This document shows positions 36,600-49,600 of a DNA stretch of 64,000 bases, one piece after another. The position numbers and the translations under genes were made by a program. A model generated the notes under the pieces. It searched no databases, was not told where the DNA came from, and worked only from the letters and a program-made list of their open reading frames with translations. Position 1 is the first letter of the stretch; every line of letters begins with the position of its first letter. The stretch comes from Lophium mytilinum (Eukaryota): NCBI GenBank assembly GCA_010093605.1, contig MU004198.1:64726-128725 (forward strand). The letters are read 5' to 3'.

Positions 36600-37145
36600 A
36601 TGGAATCTTCTGCATCCTTCAAAGAAGTAAACAGTGCCGTCGCCTCAGACACCACACCTATCCAGGAAGAGAGGACCCTTGGGAGCAACGGCGAGGATAC
36701 TCTAAGTCCTGCGCGTCCCGAGCCCGAAGGCACCCATGAAACTAATACAGCCTCGAAACAAGAGATTTCGTCTCCAAGTACCTAGCCCTAGTTCTATAAA
36801 TGTCCCTTGCCAGACGACATCGGCTCACATCAATCTGCAGAGCAAGAGTCATCGCTTTTTCCTTCTACCTTCGACGTATATGTCAACAACCCCTTCATCG
36901 CTGCCGCAAAACAACATCCTATTAAATACGGCTTTGAGCCTAGATCCGAAGGCAATGACCTCGGCCCTGACGGCCGTGCCCTTCCGGGCGCCGCAGCACG
37001 ACCGAGGGGCCTAGCAGGAAGGAACTGGAACGAGACAGATACGCGGCAAGGGGTGATCGTGTGTACATTACCTGGACGTATGACAGATAGACGTACGGCA
37101 GAGGAGATTGAAATGCATAGGAAGAGACTTGACAGGATACACTAG
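36600..37145 (+). CDS. Small hypothetical protein, interrupted by two in-frame TAG codons or a very short intron
   Basis: ORFs 36462..36785 and 36807..37145 share a frame; TAG at 36783 and 36789. Confidence 0.35.
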
Positions 37146-37305
37146 AACACAAGTGGTAATGCCGCTGAAAAGGTCTTTCAATTACTCGCCAAATACCGTA
37201 ATTCTAGTTCGATGTTTCCGTCCTGATATAGGCCAGCGTGCTCATATCGCCGTTCTTGATTCAGGTAGCGGACTAATCTGGACTGTTCGCCCATTCATTA
37301 TCTAT

Positions 37306-38598
37306 CTACGAAATGCTTACGGTCTGAAACAACCGCGAGCTTTCTTGAGCTAGTTCGATCACTCTGATCACATTGCTCGCTTCTTCTGCTGAAACGGGGA
37401 CCGGGCCGTCTTCTTCGATCGCTTCGGCGAAGAGGCGGTAGAACTCTGTGTATGTGGCTGCGGGGGAAGGCGGAGTGAGTTTTTTGCTGATGAAGGAGCC
37501 GTCCTTGATAGTCGTCAAGGTCCCTTTTTTCTGTTAGCTGAATGTTCTTCTTGTAGATAATGGGCTAGTGCAAACCGTAGTGGCTCTCAGGCTCGACAGC
37601 ATATGAAGCATCGCCGGGGCGGAGACCAGCTTTGAGTTGGTCTTCCTGGTAGTCGAGGTGGCACTATAAAGACAAGGATTAGCCAAATGAGTGCTTACAA
37701 TATCCTCTCTTTTGTTGAAACATTCAGGAATCGCTTTGACCATAGCACTGTATGGAAGAACATCACTCACCTTTCTAAAACTCGCCTTCTCCCCCCTAAC
37801 CCAAAACCTCAACTGTTCGCTCTCCGGACTAATCGCCGCCGCCTTTGCCGTCACCAACAACCCATTCTCATAATGCAGCAGCACCGTAAACGCATCTTCG
37901 CCCCCCAATACCTCTCCTCCAATCTCCTTCCCACTCCGCTGATTCCCCACAAACGCCGTCACCCGCGCCGGCATCCCAAATAAACACACCACCTGATCCA
38001 GCAAATGCGTCCCCAAATCGTACACCTGCCCGACCCCCGGCCGCCCAGCCTGCTGCCGCCACCCCTCCGGACTCACAGGCGTATGCCGGTCAAAATGCGT
38101 CTCGAACTCCACAATCCGGCCAAACACATCCTCCTTAATCAGTTTCTGAATCGTCAGGAAGTCCGCATCAAAGCGCCGATTCTGGTACACCGCCAGCTTC
38201 CGCCCGCTCTTCCGCGCTATCGCCGCGAGCGCGTCCGCCTCCGCGCTCGTGGGCACGAAGGGCTTCTCGACGACGACGTGCTTGCCTGCCTTGAGCGCGG
38301 CTTCGGCGAGCGAGAAGTGGGTGTCCGGGAGCGTGGTGATGATGACGATGTGCACGGCGGGGTCGGCGAGCATCTCGTTTGTGGTGCGCCAGACGAGGGT
38401 GCCGGGGAAGTCGGTGGTGGGGTTTGATGAGGGGTGGGGGTGGCGCTGGACGATGCCGTAGAGGTTGTAGGTTGGGGAGGTGAGGAAGGGGATTTGGAAG
38501 ATTTTGGCGGAGAGGCCGTAGCCGATTATGGCGACGTTGTAGGGGGGTGATGATTTAGGGCAGGGGACGGCGTGGGTAGAAGGTGGAGCGGCTGACAT
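37306..38598 (-). CDS. Gfo/Idh/MocA family NAD(P)-dependent oxidoreductase, 3 exons
   Basis: IIGYGLSA, GKHVVVEKP, YQNRRFDADF and YDLGTHLLDQ. Confidence 0.92.
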
Positions 38599-39417
38599 AG
38601 TGATGGTGGTACGGTCTGATAAGTTCTGTGTGGATGAAAATTAGATAAAATGGAAAGGGTATTGACGTTGGGCGGTTCTAGTAAGACGAATGTCGTGATA
38701 GTGAGGGGTTGTGGATACAATGGTGTACGGAGTCAAAATAAACTTTATCATGGACGTAGCGCTGATACGGGTTGAAAATAGCGGGGGCAAGAACCTATTT
38801 GTGCAGCGCCGATTCGTGGATTTGATGTATATCATCACGATGATCGACGCTGACGTTGAGTATTTATCCGGGGTTTGACGTCCGCAAACCCACAACTGCA
38901 CCAATCACAGCATTGATCATTAGTCTAAATCAGCCCTAGATGAGCTTCTAAGGACTGCATCTTCGATGATCTGTACTGATAGACTAGTCCCTCGTAGATT
39001 GTCTCATCCTTCAACACTCTCTTGCTATCTACAGAATCCTACTACCTGTAGCAGTTTGAAAAATATTAAAGCTATTGAGAGGTGGACTACGCCGTCTAGC
39101 ATGCTGTGGCCCAGCGAGTTCAGAGATGATTCAAGATAATAAGCTGTCGAGCCTGAAACTTAAAGAATGCATTGAGGCGCCAAAAGCAGTGGCCATATGG
39201 TATGAGGCAAGTGTATGCCTGCTGAAGGCAGGCTCAACTCAACCTTGGTTCTCACCTCGCTACCTCAAAAATCAAACTTGGAACAAGACAACACGCCTGG
39301 AAATTGAATCACATCATCCCTCGATTATTCAGCTTATAAGCTTCTTCGCTCGCTTTGCATGCCTCTCACTTTCCAACCTATAACCCCAGAAAACTCGTCT
39401 CCTGCCAAAAGGACAGC

Positions 39418-40376
39418 ATGGCGTCCAGAACCAATGGAAATCCAACCGACCTCCTCCGCCTCCAACAACAACCTTCTCGCCCAACTAGTGGCCCAGGCTT
39501 GCTCTCCTGGGGAGATGTAGCATACTGCTACACCGAAGCGACCGTTATCATCGCCGCTATCGCCTACTTCGCAAAGCCAACAATCACTCACTGCGACAAC
39601 TTCATCGTCCTGCTTGGCGAGACAACACGTCTCCTCATCCAGCTAATGATCTTACGCTGGAGCCCTCTAGCCATATGGACGAGCAGCTACCCCTTCATAC
39701 GCATCATATACTACCTGGGTCGCTTCCTTTGCGTAGGCGGAACAACACACGAAGCAGAAAGCGATCCGATCGTCTACCGATTTGGCGCAATACGGCCATC
39801 CAGCAGCACAGGCCTGATATCATTCTACCTCAACACAGCTGAGGGCAATGCTCGCCTCTTCGCCTTCTTCGCCGGTTCCGCCTGTTCCATACTGCGGATG
39901 ATGTGGGAGAAAGACGTGAGCTCCTCCTAATCCCATGCGAAGCTAAACCTCAGAGCACCCACACTGACATTCCCTTGCCACAGAAATTGACGAAGAAAGA
40001 AAAGTTCTGGCGCGTGTTCGGGCCATACTTGTTCGCGATGAAGATTATTGCATTTTTACTAGTGTCATTGACCGCTGTGGCACTTTTGGACGCTATCGTT
40101 GAGAAAAAGACTGGAATCCAGCTGCTTGGCTATGGAGACCAGGAAGGTGCGAGTTATGAGGCGAAGCCGAGCGTGGCGTTGATCTTGTGCTTCGGGGCAT
40201 GGGTGGGTACGCATTCTATTGTCGCCTATATTAAAGGCCGCTGCTTGCTTAGATGCTACACAAAAGACTGTGACTGCGCGTATGGGTGGATTGAGAGAGA
40301 CGAGAAGGAAAGGAGCGCGATTCTTAATGAAGGAAAGGACGGAGAGAAAAGCGCTTTTCTGGATGCTGAGGGCTGA
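39418..40376 (+). CDS. Hypothetical multi-pass membrane protein, 2 exons
   Basis: Intron 39916-39983 joins the two ORFs in frame; hydrophobic segments; paralog at 63.6-64 kb. Confidence 0.7.
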
Positions 40377-40827
40377 GAGCGAGGAGGAGAAAGGTTGGGT
40401 GTTTGTTGACGAGAAAGCATCGCTAACGGGCAACATGATAGAAGGGTAGAATCATCCCTAGGACGTTCTTGGAAAAGAGAGCAGCAAGAATTACGGTTGT
40501 ATTATAGCGAACATCCATCGGAGCCTACAATTCAAAAGCGCTTGTACTCTTGGAAGGCCATTGGATTAGTGAAGTCGATACTTACGCGGATGTCATTTCG
40601 GCGCCTGTGAAAGTCAGTAGCGCAGGGCTTCTCATGCGATTCTCAAGCGATTGAGCGTCGAATTAGTGGCAACTAATTTTGCATATACCTTCAAATTGCA
40701 GTGATTGTAGATTGATTTGTGGAAACCAACCCAAACCCCCAAACGCTCGATTGTTGAAAGAGCAAAAACCCGGCCTCCCAATTCATGTACACCGCAATTA
40801 TTATCCCCAAGATTCCCCGGCGGCTCT

Positions 40828-41541
40828 CTAATCTTCAGTAAATGCCTTATACTCCTCTCCCGTCATAAGCTTTCCTGTCGGCTCCTCTGTTACCGCAATC
40901 TTCGCGATCCACCCTTCGCCTTCTGGGTCCTTGTTGATCTGACCCGGCTTCTCCTCCAGCACGGTGTTCACTTCAGTCACAGTACCACTGACGGGCGTGT
41001 TGATGTCTGAGGCTGATTTGACGGATTCAACGGCGCCAATTGCGTCGCTCTCGCTAACTTCCAGGTCGATCTGTGGGAGCTCAATGTAGACGACGTCTCC
41101 GAGGGCGTGCGCAGCGTATTCGGATATGCCAAGAGTATCTGAGGCTGCGTTAGATATCGGGACCATGGCAGCTGATTGCAAGGGTAGGTACAGGTCTTTC
41201 CATCAGCTGATTTCTCGATCCATTCGTGGTCTTCAGTGTATTGCTTCTCTCGAACTATAAAATATTAGTCTGAATGTCGAATTATACTACTCCTTGAGGT
41301 TTCTCCAAGAATAAATAGAGACGCGAGGAAAGAGGGTATCAACACCAGGAACTCAAAAAACGGGAGCTTTATAAGACACAAAATCTATCTTACTTGCAGC
41401 GGAAACCGAGAATAACCGACTCTGCGGCGCTGGAGCAGTCTGCCATCTTCTGCAAGAAAATCTCGCAGCCGCAGAGGGTCGGCGAGAAGCCGAAGAGGCG
41501 AATTGGCGTGCTGCCCGCGCGATCGAGAGTCGAGAAGCCAT
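40828..41541 (-). CDS. GCV3: Glycine cleavage system H protein, 3 exons
   Basis: Arg/Ser-rich mitochondrial presequence, YTEDHEWI, LGDVVYIELP and lipoyl motif VESVKSAS. Confidence 0.95.
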
Positions 41542-41694
41542 TGTGATATCGTGGTGGAGTGAAGCTCGAGCGAGCTCGGAGTGGAAGAATGACGAGAGCT
41601 AGGATAAATCCGCGCTAGGCGTCGGTGAAACTATTTCGCGATCTTCCTTTTCGATAACCCGTCGTGAAGTTATCAACGACGAGGAAACGACACA

Positions 41695-42171
41695 ATGTTG
41701 TACGAATTGATTGGGATTGTGAGTTCCTCTTCTACAGGACTTTGGTTAAGGTGGAATGATAGCTAACAGTGTGCAGGTCCGCCCGGGCAGAGTCTCGGAA
41801 GTCAAAGAGTACGCTATCCTCCTCCGTACCTGCACCAGCTGCACCAACAGCTACAATCAGTCCACTTCTCGTCTGACATTATAACTAGAATCGCAAAAAC
41901 CGCCGGGAGCATCATCATCAACAGCGGCGGCGTTGTGCGCGGCTACTCCAACTGGGGCACCTTCTTACTTCCCGCACCCGCGAAAAAACTCCAATCCACA
42001 CACTACACCGGCCACCACTTCATTATGCGCTTCGATAGCTCGGCAAAATCTCAGCACGCGTTACGGAGGACGATGGGACTGGATCCGCGATTGATCAAAT
42101 ACTCGGTCGTGAAGCTGGGCAGTAAGCTGGAGGATATCAAGGATGTGCCGGGGGAGGCGAAGTTCCATTGA
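41695..42171 (+). CDS. MRP17: Mitochondrial ribosomal protein bS6m, 3 exons
   Basis: MLYELIGI-VRPG...GGVVRGYSNWG...GHHFIMRFD...LDPRLIKYSVVK; head-to-head with GCV3, 153 bp apart. Confidence 0.9.
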
Positions 42172-42792
42172 AGCAAAGGATCAGGACTTATTGTACAAAA
42201 GTGAAAGAGTGTATCATATTGCGGTATAGTGGTAGCATTGGTAGGCAGAAATGCCTGCGGCGTTACGGGCATTTTGGGGAAAAGAGTGGGAGTTCTGTCT
42301 CACGTGTATAAAGTTTATACGGCTAGGAAGGCACAATGAGCAAATGGGAAGCCCCTCATACTTATGGATTGGCTATCTCCACAAATTTCTTCATCACATA
42401 TCCGTCACGTCGCGAATTTCATTCTCTTTTTCGTACAAGTCATTCGCGATCTATATTATTGCGTCGTTGCAAAGTTCAAGTTGGTACAAAATGTGATCTT
42501 AATTCGAGAGGGGGTGTTCAAGTCTACCTTTGAACAGTGAGGTAAGTTTACATTTCAGCTACAGTACTAGGCCACGAGTCTAGGCAAACGGACTCAATAT
42601 AGCTTGGTTCTGACTTGCTCGCTCGATACCACTGTTGGGGCTAGCCTGGCTGCTGAGCAGCCAATGGGTCAAGAAGCAATCCAATCTGCACTGCTTGATC
42701 CTCGACATCGCCCTTGGGTCTTCGACATCCTGTGGGGGTACCCCAGGCAGTGGCGTACCAGTGTGCCGAGATTTGTGGCCTCTTACTGTATC

Positions 42793-43635
42793 TTATCCCT
42801 CAACAGGGCGACGCTGGCGTCTTTCGCATCCTAAGTCCGTGCGACAGGTCGGGCAAAGATTGCTATTATCCTGCGCACTGTTCAGCCAATGCGAAAGGCA
42901 GTTGAAATGAAAGTAATGATCGCAAACCGTTCGAATCGGACGCTCTTCACCTTCCTCCGCTCCCGCCAGCGAAAGCTGACAGATGACGCAGGACATATGG
43001 GGTGGCAACGGGCACGAGATCGCACGAGTGAAGCCAGAGATATCTATCTTCTCACCCACCGCTTCGAGGGTCACAGGTGATAGGTCTTCGGGTGGACCAT
43101 CGCCATCACGATGCCCGCGCTCGAATTCTACGACATCGTTATCGTCCCACACTTCCATGGTCCCTATCCCCTCCCCCTCGGTGAACGGTAGCGTCTCTAC
43201 TGCTGCGATCTTCAGCGCCGCAAGCACGATGCGCTCAACGGCCCTATAACCATCCTCTCGCTTCCAACCCTCCAGGAGCGGATCACCGTCACCGGCATCC
43301 CCCGTGAGGACACCAATGGTCAAGCACATATCTTCGGGAGAAAGGTTAAAGCAGGCTTCTTCAGAGATCGTGCCATCATTCAGCCGCACATCTAAGAAAT
43401 TCCGCGCCTCTGCCTCGACGTTGAAGACGTTCATTCCCCGCGAGAAGCGATATATGATGATGTAAGCTAACAGCTCGGCCGTGAAGAGAAGGTGTCCTGC
43501 TTCGTAAGGATCAGTCCATGCTCCGTCGAGTGTGAGCCTTACGCCTTCGAACTCGAGGTCGATGTCTGCGGGTGTGAGTCCAAACTGCTTCATGAGCTTG
43601 GCGAGCTCCTCTGGAGCGGTCGATTCGAAAACCAT
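42793..43635 (-). CDS. RING-H2 finger protein (280 aa)
   Basis: CVIC...CDHYFHFNC...CPTCR at the C-terminus. Confidence 0.85.
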   Translation of the reverse strand: MVFESTAPEELAKLMKQFGLTPADIDLEFEGVRLTLDGAWTDPYEAGHLLFTAELLAYIIIYRFSRGMNVFNVEAEARNFLDVRLNDGTISEEACFNLSPEDMCLTIGVLTGDAGDGDPLLEGWKREDGYRAVERIVLAALKIAAVETLPFTEGEGIGTMEVWDDNDVVEFERGHRDGDGPPEDLSPVTLEAVGEKIDISGFTRAISCPLPPHMSCVICQLSLAGAEEGEERPIRTVCDHYFHFNCLSHWLNSAQDNSNLCPTCRTDLGCERRQRRPVEG

Positions 43636-44693
43636 GCTGAAGAGTAGGGGTTTCGTGTGGAATGTTACTGTCTGTGTGTCGAAAGGTCTGTTTATGAGAA
43701 GGTGCGCTTGTGAGTTTGAAGGCCTCTTTCCACGTTCCGATAGATGCGACGCTGATAGATTTTATAGGTCATTCTTACTATTGTATTTGTCTATTGCACA
43801 GACTATTGTAAAGATAGAATTGAGATTAAACCCGTGGTAATGGAATGGAAAGGTCTAAGATGCCTTAAATGTTGTTGACAAACTAAACTATTTTCTCCTA
43901 CTCCTACGCGTTGTCACTGAATTTGCTCGCCAAGTCGGTGCAGAATGATAACATTGTAAGCACATGATCCTCACCCATTGATTATACTCCAATTAGGGAT
44001 AGCGTCACGGGCTCAATTATGCCTCAGGCAACAAAAACAACCTCGCGATAGCTTTCCACCCGGAACACAGCCACAAGCTAGCCCATGGCCCCTCCCTACC
44101 TTGCCAGAACTCTGGAAGCAGTCGCTTACCACCGTTGGAGGTGCTCCGGCGCATCTTGACAGTTTTAGGAGATGTATAGTCCTTGAGACTTTGAATTAGA
44201 CATGTCTTAACCGCTGTCAGTTGGCCGTCCTGCCGCTGTTGGTGGTGCTTCAGCTCATCATCACGGACCGAAACAAGATGTGAAATACGGCATGCCCAAA
44301 CTTACATCCTGGTACTGTTGGTGAATTGATACCCTACGATGAGAATGAACGACGATATCTTAACAATCACACTGTCTTCTACGCTGTGTCCTTGATGAAT
44401 GCACAGCTTTCACACTTTATCAGCGCGTAAGTCCTCACTTGTGCTAAGGTTACGGTTACCTTCATGCTAGAAGTGTGACCTACCCTCACATAATCGAGAT
44501 TCAGCAATATTTCTGTCACGTCATAAGGGAACAAAGGGTGGTACAAGAATTCAATTTCGTTATTGTGTTTGAGGTAGTTAGAGCTTCCACACTTTGCATG
44601 GAAAACCCGTTTCTAGACTACCTCATCGGCAGAGCTGTCTAACGGCAGTCAGACATACATACGAGGAGGCCGCAAGCATCAAACAAGCTGAGC

Positions 44694-45851
44694 TTAGTTG
44701 TCTTCATCTCTAGAGTCATATGATTCTTCAAGAGCCTCCAATGCAGCCCGCACGCCATCTGCATGAGCCTCCAAATCAGCCGGCGAGGCAGTCAGTAGAA
44801 AGGTTGTGAATCGTGACATGGAATGCTGCGTCTCTTCCACAAGCTGTCGGGCTTCAGCCATGGTATCGACTGCACCGACATTTAGGACCTCTGTGGCGAG
44901 TAGCTCGTCGGGGGGCTCAGCGGCGACGAGACGCAGCGTTCCCCGACACATAGGGCAGGTGGCTTGCCCTTGTGGGAACCCAGAGAGCCAGTTCTGAAGG
45001 CAATCGCCGCCAAAGATATGTTCGCATCCGGTTCGAACAGGATAATGCTCTGTCTCTTCAGTCAGATCTTCGCGGCAAATGCTGCATTCGGGGTCCTCTT
45101 CAGGGATTTCGCATCGAACGGCAACATCCAGAACCGAATGTTGGCCGTTTTCTTCACCTTGGTTCGCGCCTGGGTGCCATCCACCGCCGCCGTCGTTGAA
45201 TGCCGTAGCGATAGCTGCATTGAGTGCATTGAACGCATCATCGTCGACGACTAGCCCGCTCCATGTTGCCCGTCCTTCAATGAATGGCCACCTCACGTAA
45301 GTGGAAATGATACGTGTGATATTGACGTCAGACCAGCCATCCTGGAGACCTAGATATGGCAGAACCTCATTCCAAATTTCTCGAGAGAGACGTAGCCTCA
45401 TGTAGTCAAGGAGTGCCGGTAGGTTCTCTTCATCCCACCTACCTCCTTGGAACTCAAGAATCTCGCGTGCCCAGGCTATCCAGCTTCGAGCAGTTCGCAG
45501 CAAGGGTTCTAGTTCCTCTGCGCTTGGCATGTCTTCGCCGTTGTTGGGATGGTTTGCCATGAATACCTCGCGATAATAGTGGGCATCTTTGGGGTCCTCG
45601 TTGGTCAGACGATGGTAGACCATTGGAGCGAGAAATTCATCGATCGCAGCTAATCGACGACCTTGAAGTCCTCGGGTTGTATCCGCTGTGATGTAACGCT
45701 CCAGGGCTCGGGCGTCGACACGAAGAATTGGATTATCGATTCCAATCGCTCCCCTAGGCCATGGAGAGTATGGGATGTCGTGTTCAGAGGACCAGAGTGG
45801 TGGCATTCTGTCGGTGTTGTGATTTGTGTGGATGTGGTGAAGAAAAGGCAC
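44694..45851 (-). CDS. RING finger protein (385 aa), variant with Gly at ligand 5
   Basis: CSIC...CEHIFGGDC...CPMCR. Confidence 0.85.
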   Translation of the reverse strand: MPFLHHIHTNHNTDRMPPLWSSEHDIPYSPWPRGAIGIDNPILRVDARALERYITADTTRGLQGRRLAAIDEFLAPMVYHRLTNEDPKDAHYYREVFMANHPNNGEDMPSAEELEPLLRTARSWIAWAREILEFQGGRWDEENLPALLDYMRLRLSREIWNEVLPYLGLQDGWSDVNITRIISTYVRWPFIEGRATWSGLVVDDDAFNALNAAIATAFNDGGGGWHPGANQGEENGQHSVLDVAVRCEIPEEDPECSICREDLTEETEHYPVRTGCEHIFGGDCLQNWLSGFPQGQATCPMCRGTLRLVAAEPPDELLATEVLNVGAVDTMAEARQLVEETQHSMSRFTTFLLTASPADLEAHADGVRAALEALEESYDSRDEDN

Positions 45852-46631
45852 CAGTTACGGTGGTTCGGAGCTCCTTTAGTACTCCTAAGAGGATACAGCT
45901 GTTGATTATCATAGTGAAAGCTTCACCATTGTGGAACCACCTAGTGGCCAGAAGAAACTTTGCAATCACATCCAGGGTGGTGATTTCAGAACATTGTGTC
46001 GCGATATGGTGAGAAACTCAACTAGCACATAGAATTGGTATGTTCGGAAACGTGTACATGCACAACGCAGAGACAGTGTCGAAGCTTTGCGACTGACAAT
46101 AGAAAACTTTGTGTTTCTGCAAAGAAAAACGTGCTAGAAAATGTTCCGCCAGAAGTCGAACTTAGAGTGGCAATCTCGCGACTCCGCGAACTGATTGGAC
46201 CGAAGAAGGGCAACGTGAGGATGTTGTTTATAGACAATAGCGAACGATCATACGCACTTGATGTCATATGTAAGCCAATTGAACTTGAACCTGACAATAC
46301 GGCTGGAGTCGTACCTTCTGTGATTTCCAATAAAGCGCCCCACCGAGGCGTGAAAAGCTACATCTCTTGACTCGATATACTTCAAAGTGAAACCCAAAAC
46401 AGTATTCCGGATGTTGTTGCAGCTCTAGCCCCGCCCGACACCATCAGCCAGGCGTCAAGAACTCCCACTTTCGCTTTGTGATTCACAACGCCCAGATTTG
46501 ACATGTGATGTTGACTGTTGATCCAGTTCGGCGGGCCCTCCAACTGCGTCACCGACCACCAAAAGCTCATTTTCCTGTTTATTCGATTCACATCTTTCGT
46601 AACCCAACTAGCATTCCAAAGTCCAAGCAAC

Positions 46632-49600
46632 CTATCCAGCCTTGTCACCTCTCTGCTTCTTCCACTCAACATAAACCCCCTTCCACACGGCCCTCGTACT
46701 CCCATCCATTGCCGCACTCATCGCCCGCAGTGCCGCCTTATCCGTACAATCCAGGGCCGACCACAATCCTGGTATCAATCGCGCTCTTACTTCGGGCTCC
46801 AGCCTTCCACTAAGCATATCCTTACAGAACGCCGCAATCAGCGTAGGCATATACTGCCCCGCATACTGTCTCGCTTGCTTCGTCGCGTCCACGAGATCGG
46901 CATGGTGGTTCTTGCGGCCCTTCTGGAGACCTGAGACGGCGGACACGGTGGGCGAAGACGTGGTAGTCAAGAGGCGGGTGAAGGCAACTGCCGCAGCAGG
47001 TGATAAGGGGTAGACTGAGGGAGAGAGCCAAGGCGGGAGGTGGGCGGTAGGTGTGCCGCGGCGGGTGGTGTTCGGGATGAAGAGGCAGGAGAGGCAAGCT
47101 TGAAGGAGTGGCATGAGAAGGTGGAAGCGGCCGCCGAGGCGAGACCGGTGGAGTGACAGGATGATCTGGATAGATTCGCACAGGCGGATGAAGATGGCGG
47201 AGGCTTGTGATACGGGTAGGTAGGGTCCTGCGGGAGATGTGATGGCGATTAGAGCTCCGATGAAGGTCTCGATGCCGTATTGGGACGCCATGAAATGCTA
47301 TTGCGGGATCGGTTAGTGCTTCTGTTATTATTGACGGCTCACAGCGTACCTTAGAGCGGAGAATGGTGTCAACGCAGTCCAATAGTGCATTAGAAAGGGC
47401 CAGGTCGTCAGAAGTTGCCAGATGTGTAGATAGGCTCCCTAGTATTGCTAATAGCTGAGCCTTGGTCTCCGCGTCATCAGATGCTAGGTTGTTGCTGTTA
47501 GCTACGATATCGTAAGTTAGAAAAGCAGCTTACGCGCAAGGGTAGGAATGAGAACGCCAAGTATGCGTAAACATCCTGCATCAAGTTGATTCTCTCGCTG
47601 AGGGAGCAGCAATGGGAGCTGCTCCAACGTTGTCGGCGTATCGAACGAGAAAAAGGCTTCTTTGACTGTGTCAATAACGCTTTGAGCTTGTCGGGCAGAC
47701 AGATCTAAAGTTGTCAGTATTATCAACACTTGAGAATGTGTGGCCATCGTACCTAGACGCATCACCATCCGAGATAGCTGAATGATTTCTTCCACGCTGT
47801 CGCATATCTGTAATCTCGTAGCGAGCTTGTGTATCAAAATCCAGTACTCAGATGATGCTAGATCTGCTGGAATATGCACCGGATTCGAACTCATATAGGG
47901 AGTGATCCACTCCCGCACAATCCTTTTGATCATTTTGTAGCGCTCCACTAAACGGTGTTAGCGGCTTCTTCGAAGCCATTAGGGCAGTCCTTACCTTCAA
48001 TTTCAGCTAATTGAACAGGGACATCACTCAGTAGATTTAAGACGCTTTCAACACCGACCGTGAAATGCTTTCCCTTCGGCTCGTCCAAGTCGAGCAGGCC
48101 TGATTTTCGTGATACAATCAGATTTTTGGCACAATATTTGACGCATATGCGCGCAACATTGTCCGATAGGCTTCTTTCAAGAGTGTACCTTCCGTCTCGA
48201 ATGGATGACATGAGGCCATCGACAAACATCATTACCTGGAGCGTGAACGAATAAGATTCCACGGAGAGACTGCCTAACATGTTTTCCAGTCGTTTAGTAT
48301 ATTCTTGGCTGTGCTTCTGATCCGGCTCAGAAAGAACATGACTACACCATTAGCACTGCCAGCACTCATAGCCCGGAAAGTTCTTACTGTAAAGTCAATC
48401 TGACGAAAAGCTGGAAGGCCTCTGTAATGTCTGGGCCGGCTTCGAACTCCTCTGTGTTGAGTACCTCGGCTATTTTGACCAACGCATACGGGTCCGTTGA
48501 CTAGAAACAATGAGCCTTAGTTCAAGAAATACGGCGTTGTGTACTTACAATGTTAGCGGTAGCGTTGGGAAGCTCCATAAGTTTGACCATAAGAGCAAGA
48601 TGACGTAATACTTGTTCTCTCGATGCTTCTCCCGTGAGAAGAATGGCCTGCGTCTGATCTAATATTTTCTCCCGCTGATTTCGGGAAAGCACCCGGAGCG
48701 GCATTTGCGCATACAGAGACGTCGAAAATTGGTTGAAGTCTCCACAAAAGAAGTTGACCTCAGGCTCCAAGCCGTATTCTTCGAAGCCCGCAAATATCGC
48801 AGATAGAAGGTCGCCTAGAGAGGTTAGTATAAGTAGAAAGTTCAGTTTTAACATGCGTACCTTTCAATTCAGCATTAGCTAACGAGAGAACAGGACCGGA
48901 AGATGCTACCAGCAGATCTTTGTAGCCACGCCTTGATCGATCGATCGCACCGAGCTCAAAGAGAAGGTTGAAGAGTGCAGCTCGAAGATCTTGTTTCAGG
49001 TGCACAAGCAGCGTAGGAGACCCTATGAGCAGTCTCTCCATACACCGAAGAAACTCGTGAGATGACACGGAATCTATCTTTCTGGCCGGCTCTTCGTGAA
49101 TCAAACTATCCTTGCTGATCCCTCCGTCTTCTTCGAAAATAGCTGAAGGCATCAAGACACGTAACGCGTTGTCCAGGTACCGAGCCACAGGTTCTTGAGC
49201 AGCGGACATATTTTCCAAACGATCGCATACGGTGACCAGAAATGCGAAAGCAGCTGTCCTCGAGCTAACGTCCATATCAGGATGCACTTCCCAGATGTTG
49301 ACACCACCTGGGGCAATGGATGTGTTTGCGAGCTGAGCGATCTGTGAATTGAGTATGTCACTGGGACTGGCGAGGTATGTTTGAGACTCCAAAGGCCAAA
49401 GTAAGGTAAACAGCCGAGAGAGAGCAGTCCATGTCTCTGCCATGTCCGCATAGGTCCTGTATGCAGCAAGGTCTGCTAACGCGACTAGATCTGACTGCAG
49501 GGCCTTCAAAACGTGTCGTAGTCCTACAATGGTGTCGTCCGATTGAATACAGCGAATGATTATGGAAACCATAGCAGTATTCACATTCGAAGCCTTGAAG

